A program made the translations under genes and the position numbers. A stretch of DNA of 64,000 nt from Nitrososphaerota archaeon. GTDB lineage: Archaea > Thermoproteota > EX4484-205 > JAAOZP01. Where the stretch lies: positions 352,001 through 416,000 of the forward strand of contig JAAOZP010000017.1 of NCBI GenBank assembly GCA_011605725.1, written 5' to 3'. A model generated the notes under the pieces. That model searched no databases. It saw only the letters and a program-made list of their open reading frames with translations, and had not been told where the DNA came from. Below, one piece after another: positions 58,028 to 64,000 of the stretch (position 1 is its first letter; every line of letters starts with the position of its first letter).

Positions 58028-58214
58028 TTCAGATGGCTCGCATGTCTAATCTGAAAAGATTGTGAAAAATATAGTAAGCCCCCGGTTAAGGATCCAGCAT
58101 GCGTCTGGCTCGTTAAACCTGGAGAAGCCTACGCACGCTGGAGGAAAAAGGGTCCTGCTGTGCAAGTTGGAGAAAAGATTCTTAAACACCTGGTTTGGAG
58201 GATTAGGAGGTAAG

Positions 58215-59270
58215 TTGGTTAAAGTAGCTGTGTACGGGGCAAGCGGCTATGTGGGTGGAGAACTGCTTAGAATACTTCTCTCACACAGCAAGGTGGAAAT
58301 AGTTGCAGCCACTTCTAAAAGGTTCAGCGGCATGCCTGTTCACAAGGTTCACCCGAACCTTAGGAAGGTTTGCCAGATTAGCTTCGTGGAGCCCAGGGTT
58401 GAAAACGTGGCTAATGCTGAAGTCGTGTTCACAGCGCTTCCACACGGCCAGTCTATGCATGTGGTTAAAACGCTTCTCGACAGGGGTTTGAAGGTTATAG
58501 ACTTGGGAGCTGATTTCAGGCTTAAAGACTCCTCCGCCTACGAGAAATGGTACGGGTTTAAACATCCTTATCCTGATCTTCTCGAGAAGGCTGTCTACGG
58601 TCTGCCGGAGCTTCACAGGGAGGAGATAAGGACAGCTAGCCTGGTGGCAGTAGCGGGCTGCATGGCTTCGGCGAGCATACTGGCACTCGTGCCTCCTGTT
58701 AAGAATGGTCTGGTAGACAGGAGCCAGATATTCATAGATGCTAAAATAGGCTCCTCAGGAGCTGGTTCAACACCAACCCTAGAAGGATACCATCCGGAGA
58801 GGTATAACGTGGTAAGGCCCTATAAGCCGGCTGGACACAGGCATGTTGCTGAGATAATTCAAGAGGTTTCGCATGCTTCCGGCGGGGAAATAGTTGTAGG
58901 CTTCTCACCGCACTCCGTAAACATTGTGAGAGGGATACTCGTAACTATTCACACGCGTCCCTCTGGAAGACTCCCTTCTTATCCAGACTTATGGAGGTGT
59001 TACAGGCAGGCTTACGACAAGGAGCCGTTTATAAGGCTCGTTAGGGATCCGACGATGGTGCATGGACTGCCTGATCCAAAGTATTTGATGGGTTCAAACT
59101 TTGCAGACATAGGTTTCGAAATAGACGTTGACTCCAACAGGGTAATCCTGTTCGCAGCCATAGACAACCTGGTTAAAGGGGCGGCTGGAAACGCTGTCCA
59201 GTGTTTCAACATAATGTTTAACTATGATGAGAAGGAGGGCTTAACTTTCCCAGGTCTGCATCCAGCGTGA
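58215..59270 (+). CDS. lysY: LysW-gamma-phosphate reductase (LysY/ArgC)
   Basis: GASGYVG, ALPHG, ADFRL, YGLPEL, DNLVKGAAG; TTG start after GGAGGT. Confidence 0.92.
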   Translation: MVKVAVYGASGYVGGELLRILLSHSKVEIVAATSKRFSGMPVHKVHPNLRKVCQISFVEPRVENVANAEVVFTALPHGQSMHVVKTLLDRGLKVIDLGADFRLKDSSAYEKWYGFKHPYPDLLEKAVYGLPELHREEIRTASLVAVAGCMASASILALVPPVKNGLVDRSQIFIDAKIGSSGAGSTPTLEGYHPERYNVVRPYKPAGHRHVAEIIQEVSHASGGEIVVGFSPHSVNIVRGILVTIHTRPSGRLPSYPDLWRCYRQAYDKEPFIRLVRDPTMVHGLPDPKYLMGSNFADIGFEIDVDSNRVILFAAIDNLVKGAAGNAVQCFNIMFNYDEKEGLTFPGLHPA

Positions 59271-60077
59271 GTGTTGAAAATGATAGTGGTTAAAGCAGGA
59301 GGAGCACTGCTTGAGGAAGACGTTTTAGAGAAGATAGTGGCAGACGTGGCTGAATACTCGAGGAGGGAGAAAGTCGTGTTCGTCCACGGGGGAGGAGCAG
59401 AGGTGACGGAGACGTGTAGGAGAATGGGTATTGAGCCAAAGTTCGTTGTTTCAGCAAGCGGGATGAGGAGCAGAGTGACCGACTGGGAGACGATGCAGGT
59501 CTACCTTATGACGATGGGGAGGCTTAACAAGATTGTAGTCTCTAAGTTTCTCAGGATGAACGTTAACGCTGTCGGCTTAACCGGTGTAGACGGAGCTCTG
59601 GCTAGCGCCAACAGGAAGGAAAAGATATTAGTTAAAAGAGAAGACGGTAGGAGAATCCTTATGGACGGCGGGTTCACTGGAAAGATTGAAAAGATTAACG
59701 TAGACCTGTTAAAACTTCTTTTGGACAACAGTATTCTCCCGGTTCTAGCACCCATAGCTTTAAGCAAGCAGTTTGAACCACTTAACGTTGACAGCGACGC
59801 CTTCGCAGCCAAGGTTGCTTCAGCACTGGGAAGCAGCCTGCTTTATCTTACGAACGTGGAGGGCCTGCTGATAGACGGGAAGCTCGTCGAGTCGCTGACG
59901 ATGGCTGAAGCATCAGTCCTTCTTCCGAGCATAGGACACGGCATGATGAGGAAAGTGCAGTCAGCCGTGGAGGCGCTTCGAGAAGGAGCTGTTTCAGTAA
60001 GAATATCCTCCGGGCTTATTGACAAGCCTGTTTCAAGCGCGCTGGAGAAAAACCTTGGAACACTCATATTCAAATGA
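59271..60077 (+). CDS. lysZ: LysW-gamma-aminoadipate/glutamate kinase (LysZ/ArgB)
   Basis: VKAGG, VHGGG, LNVDSD, GMMRK. Confidence 0.9.
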   Translation: MLKMIVVKAGGALLEEDVLEKIVADVAEYSRREKVVFVHGGGAEVTETCRRMGIEPKFVVSASGMRSRVTDWETMQVYLMTMGRLNKIVVSKFLRMNVNAVGLTGVDGALASANRKEKILVKREDGRRILMDGGFTGKIEKINVDLLKLLLDNSILPVLAPIALSKQFEPLNVDSDAFAAKVASALGSSLLYLTNVEGLLIDGKLVESLTMAEASVLLPSIGHGMMRKVQSAVEALREGAVSVRISSGLIDKPVSSALEKNLGTLIFK

Positions 60078-60089
60078 GGATGTTTAAAA

Positions 60090-61295
60090 ATGGTTGACCC
60101 GTATGAGGTTGAGGACAGGCTTCTTCTTAAAACCTATGTTAAGAGGCGTATAGCGATAATAAGCGGGAGAGGGTCAGAGGTTTTCGACGATAAGGGCCGG
60201 AGGTTTATCGACTTGACTTCAGCCTACGGTGTTGCAATACTCGGACACTCTAATCCTGTGATTGTTGAGGCAATCATGAACCAGTTGAAGAAAATATCTT
60301 CCTGCCACGGCTCGTTCTACAATGATGCTAGAGCCGAATTCCTGGAGGAAGTGTCGCGCTTCACACACCGTTTCTTCCACAAGATGATTCTCGTTAACAG
60401 TGGCGCTGAAGCCGTTGACCTAGCTATTAAAACAGCCTTCAGGAAAACAGGGAGAAGCAGGATCGTCGCAGCCAGAAGAGGATTCCACGGTAAGACGCTG
60501 GGCGCTCTAAGCGCGACTTGGAACCCTGAGTACAAGAAGGGGCTGGAGCACATCATGGGCGAAAAAGTTGTATTCGCAGAGTATGGTGACGCCGAGGATT
60601 TGAAAAACAAGGTTGACGAGGAGACTGCAGCAGTTATTCTTGAGCCTGTTCAAGGAGAAGGCGGGATCAGGATTCCTCCAACCGGTTACTTGAAGGCGGC
60701 TAGGGAAATAGCCTCCGACAAGGGAGCACTACTCATACTGGACGAGATTCAGACAGGCCTTAGGAGGACAGGAACATTCTTCGCGTTTGAAAAGGAGGAT
60801 GTTACGCCGGATATTGCTCTCTTAGCCAAGGGGGTGGCTGGGGGGATCCCGGCTGGAATCACGTTTTTCAGCGAGGAAGCCTCAACAGTCGCCGAACCAG
60901 GATTCCATACTTCAACATACGGTGGAAACCCTTTAGCGTGCGCAGCAGGCGCCGCAACCATGAGGCTTTTAAGGGAGGAAGTCACCAGGGAGAGTGTTGA
61001 GGAAAGATCTAGAATATTCTGCGAGAAGCTTGAAACCTTGAAAAACCTAAGGATAGTTAGGGAAATAAGGATAAGCGGCCTTATGATAGGGGTCGAGTTG
61101 AAAGTAAGGTCTAAGCCTTTCGTAGACATGCTTGAGGAGAAAGGAGTCCTTGCGTTAACAGCCGGCCCAACAGTAGTGAGGCTACTGCCCCCGCTAAACA
61201 TACCGTTAAACCTTGTCGACGAAGCTTGCAGCATCATTCTGGAAACGATGAGAAGCTATGAGTCAAGGCTTGGAAGCAGTGCAGCCGCTGGTTAG
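60090..61295 (+). CDS. lysJ: LysW-gamma-lysine/ornithine aminotransferase (LysJ/ArgD)
   Basis: NSGAEA, FHGKT, EPVQGEGG, DEIQTG, AKG. Confidence 0.9.
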   Translation: MVDPYEVEDRLLLKTYVKRRIAIISGRGSEVFDDKGRRFIDLTSAYGVAILGHSNPVIVEAIMNQLKKISSCHGSFYNDARAEFLEEVSRFTHRFFHKMILVNSGAEAVDLAIKTAFRKTGRSRIVAARRGFHGKTLGALSATWNPEYKKGLEHIMGEKVVFAEYGDAEDLKNKVDEETAAVILEPVQGEGGIRIPPTGYLKAAREIASDKGALLILDEIQTGLRRTGTFFAFEKEDVTPDIALLAKGVAGGIPAGITFFSEEASTVAEPGFHTSTYGGNPLACAAGAATMRLLREEVTRESVEERSRIFCEKLETLKNLRIVREIRISGLMIGVELKVRSKPFVDMLEEKGVLALTAGPTVVRLLPPLNIPLNLVDEACSIILETMRSYESRLGSSAAAG

Positions 61296-62358
61296 ACTCC
61301 TCTCCAAGTATTCGCCAAGCGGGGAGGAGGAAGAGGCTCAGCGAGAAGTCTTCTCCCTCCTTGTTGAAAACGGCTTTGAAAACGTTAGGAGAGACCCGGC
61401 GGGCAATGTTCTCGGGGAGAAGGGGGATGGACATAGGACGCTGCTTTTCTGCTCTCACGTGGACACTGTGCCAGGGCTTATTGAAGTCAGGCTTGAATCC
61501 GGAAGATTATTCGGCAGGGGTGCTGTTGACGCTAAGGCTTCCCTAGCGGCGATGGCTCTGGCAGCATCAGGCTACTCGGGGAGAAGCCTGAGACTAGTCT
61601 ACTCGTCGGTAGTCGGGGAAGAGTCTGACAGCAAGGGGGTTAGGAGGCTTCTTGAGGAAATCCCAGCCCCGGATTACGTGGTCATAGGGGAGCCGACTGG
61701 AATCAGGGCTGCGGCAGTAGCGTACAGGGGGAGTGCAACCGTCAGCTTAAGGGTTTCAACCCAGGGCGGCCACTCCTCCTCCCCGCTTGACGATTTCAAC
61801 GCTATTGTTCAAACCATGAGGCTTGTTGAACACGTTAAGACTAGGCTAACCTTCTCTAAAGACCTTTTTTCAAACATAGGTGTCTCAATAACCATGATTA
61901 AAGGAGGATACGGGGATTCTAGAATACCGGATTCAAGCGAGGCACGTTTAAACCTGCGCTACCCTCCCCCCATGGGCTTCAAAGAGCTTTCAAGAATTTT
62001 CGCCGAAGCCTTGGAAGAGTATGTTGAGAAAGCACGCGGAGCCTTGAGCGTGAGTTACGAGTTTCTAGACTACCTGGACGGCTATGCTTCAGCCAAGGAT
62101 CAGGTTATGATTAACGCGGTCAGGGAGGCGGTTAAAGAAACCCTTGGAAGAGAGCTTCTTCTGGTAAGGAAGCTTGGAACATCAGACTTTAACTATACTG
62201 GTTTGAAATGGGGTAGGCCGCAAATAGCATGGGGCCCTGGAGACGCTTCCCTGGCACACAGCTCCAGGGAGAGCATTACAGTTGAAGAGTTCACGCAGGG
62301 TGTTGAAGCCTACAGAAGGTTTCTTAAAAACCTTGATTCAAGCCTAGCCCAGTTTTGA
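61258..62358 (+). CDS. lysK: LysW-gamma-lysine/ornithine carboxypeptidase (M20)
   Basis: SPSGEE, HVDTVPG, GRGAVDAK, GEE, GEP, GPG..AH. Confidence 0.9.
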   Translation: MSQGLEAVQPLVRLLSKYSPSGEEEEAQREVFSLLVENGFENVRRDPAGNVLGEKGDGHRTLLFCSHVDTVPGLIEVRLESGRLFGRGAVDAKASLAAMALAASGYSGRSLRLVYSSVVGEESDSKGVRRLLEEIPAPDYVVIGEPTGIRAAAVAYRGSATVSLRVSTQGGHSSSPLDDFNAIVQTMRLVEHVKTRLTFSKDLFSNIGVSITMIKGGYGDSRIPDSSEARLNLRYPPPMGFKELSRIFAEALEEYVEKARGALSVSYEFLDYLDGYASAKDQVMINAVREAVKETLGRELLLVRKLGTSDFNYTGLKWGRPQIAWGPGDASLAHSSRESITVEEFTQGVEAYRRFLKNLDSSLAQF

Positions 62359-62399
62359 AAAACAATTTTAAAAAACCTCGCGTTTAAAAACCATTCGGA

Positions 62400-62675
62400 T
62401 TGATGGTTAGAGCCCATGTGCATGTAAGCGGGAGAGTCCAAGGAGTATTCTTCAGATACGAGACTAAAAGCCTTGCAGACGAGCTGGGCGTCAAAGGGTG
62501 GGTTCGTAACCTTCCAGACGGGAGGGTTGAGGCCGTCTTCGAGGGTGAGGAGACGCTTGTTAGGAGAATGATAGATTTCTGCAGAAAAGGGCCGCCGGGA
62601 GCAAGAGTTACTGGAGTAGAGATTGAGTGGGAGGAGTATAAGGGAGAGTTTAAAGGATTCGCCATAAGGCGTTAA
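62400..62675 (+). CDS. acyP: Acylphosphatase
   Basis: [24 protein letters not shown]. Confidence 0.95.
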   Translation: MMVRAHVHVSGRVQGVFFRYETKSLADELGVKGWVRNLPDGRVEAVFEGEETLVRRMIDFCRKGPPGARVTGVEIEWEEYKGEFKGFAIRR

Positions 62676-62728
62676 GCGGAGGCCGGTTTTCAAAACGTTT
62701 TTAAAGCTGTGGGGCCGCTGTCTGCCAG

Positions 62729-63175
62729 ATGGTTAGGAAAGTCTTATTCATATGCGTGCAGAACAGTTTTAGAAGCCAGGTTGCGGAAGCGTTTTTCAAC
62801 TTAAACCCTCCGCCAGGCTGGGTTGCGGTTAGCGCCGGTCCAAAGCCCGCTGAAAAAATAAACCCTAAGGCTGTTCAACTGTTGAAGGAAAAAGGGATAG
62901 ATGTTTCAGGCAGGAAGCCTAGGAAGCTGACAAGAGAGATGGAGGCTGAGGCGGATATTGCGGTAATAGTGTGCAGCGGCTCAGAATGCCCCGTCGTAAA
63001 CGTGAAGCATGTTGAACACTGGGGTTTCGAGGATCCTGCTGAAATGAGTCTGGAGGAAGCCCGTGAAGTAGTGAACAGGATTGAGGCGAAAGTAAGAGAC
63101 CTTGCTGAGAGAATAACGAGGGGCGAAGCTCCTTCAGATGATTCTAGTCTTAGCCTTAGCCTTAGAGGACTCTGA
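62729..63175 (+). CDS. arsC: Arsenate reductase / LMW-PTP family
   Basis: CVQNSFRSQ P-loop, SAG, distal C..CP, HW..DP. Confidence 0.8.
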   Translation: MVRKVLFICVQNSFRSQVAEAFFNLNPPPGWVAVSAGPKPAEKINPKAVQLLKEKGIDVSGRKPRKLTREMEAEADIAVIVCSGSECPVVNVKHVEHWGFEDPAEMSLEEAREVVNRIEAKVRDLAERITRGEAPSDDSSLSLSLRGL

Positions 63176-63227
63176 AGCCATTTCCTGATTCTAACAGCCT
63201 TTGACGCGCATAAACTTTTTTATAAAA

Positions 63228-64000
63228 CTATTTGTAGACGGCAAGCGGCTTCCCGAGAATCTCAGCATCCAGCTCCTCAAGCCCCAGTCCGCTTCCTTTA
63301 GGGAAAAGCCGCATTGAGCCTGAAACCGTTACCCCGCCCTTCTTAACCAGCTTGTCGGCGTGAAGAAGGTCGCAGTCCAAGTCGGCAAACTCTATGTTTC
63401 TAACTCCAGCTGCTAAATGGGCTCCGGCTGCAATACCTATTTCAGACTCGCTCATGCACCCTACCATGCAGGATACTCCTGCAGCCTCAGCCACGTCGGA
63501 TATTTTCCTAGCCTTCAATATTCCACCGCTCTTCGCAAGCTTAATGTTTATCATGTCGACAGCCTCCTCACGGATAAGCCTCAACGCGTCAGAGGGTGAA
63601 TGAACGCTCTCATCAGCCATAACCGGTATTGGAGAATCCCTTCTAACCCTAGCCAAGCCCTTCACATCGTGAGCGGGCACAGGCTGCTCGACAAACCGTA
63701 TCCTAAACTTCTCCACCCTGTTTAAGACTTCAACCGCCTGGTCTGGGCTCCAGCCCTCGTTCGCGTCAACCCTTATCTCAACACCCTCTCCGACAGCCTC
63801 GCGAACCATCCTTATTCTCTCAACATCCTCCGAAGGGTTTACACCAACCTTAACCTTAAGAGCCCTGAAGCCTTTCTCAACAGCCTTAACAGCGTCGGCA
63901 GCCATCTCCCTCGGAGTCTTAATGCTTAAAGTGAAATCGGTTAAAACCTGGGTTCTGAATCCCCCTAGAAGCATGAAAAGCGGTTTCCCAGCGGTCTTCC
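63228..64000 (-). CDS. Dipeptide epimerase (enolase superfamily), 5'-truncated by window
   Basis: KVKVG, DANEGW, EQP, ADES, NIKLAKSGG, GCMSE, DLD. Confidence 0.88.
   Translation of the reverse strand, partial: KTAGKPLFMLLGGFRTQVLTDFTLSIKTPREMAADAVKAVEKGFRALKVKVGVNPSEDVERIRMVREAVGEGVEIRVDANEGWSPDQAVEVLNRVEKFRIRFVEQPVPAHDVKGLARVRRDSPIPVMADESVHSPSDALRLIREEAVDMINIKLAKSGGILKARKISDVAEAAGVSCMVGCMSESEIGIAAGAHLAAGVRNIEFADLDCDLLHADKLVKKGGVTVSGSMRLFPKGSGLGLEELDAEILGKPLAVYK

Noticed and set aside
1-64000. CRISPR arrays, rRNA, transposases or integrases
   Set aside because: None recognised in the sequence or the ORF track.

Overview
Archaeal chromosomal window (TFB, class I LysRS, LysW pathway, BHB-intron tRNA; a TACK/Thermoproteota-type lineage such as Brock- or Bathyarchaeia is an inference). 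Housekeeping content: Lhr-like helicase (partial), kleisin+kite pair, trmI, apgM, tfb, dinB, radA, lysS, HMG-CoA synthase/thiolase/DUF35, endonuclease IV, argG-lysWX-lysYZJK, and tRNA-Gln(CTG, two introns) and tRNA-Arg(CCG). Accessory blocks: intein-containing EndoQ, Mg2+ transport, glycoside hydrolases, toxin-antitoxin genes, an AOR/acetate-CoA module and sugar-acid catabolism, plus several gene remnants. Main unexplained signals: (1) a ~250-nt, TATA-preceded, multiply pseudoknotted intergenic RNA at ~4504-4755 that I cannot assign to a family; (2) a dispersed intergenic palindrome AGCGCGCGCT whose best copies differ only by CpG-type transitions, with degenerate copies at truncation, deletion and insertion breakpoints; (3) a dinB-radA-divergent AEP primase cluster. 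All calls were made by eye from the sequence and ORF track; no searches were run.
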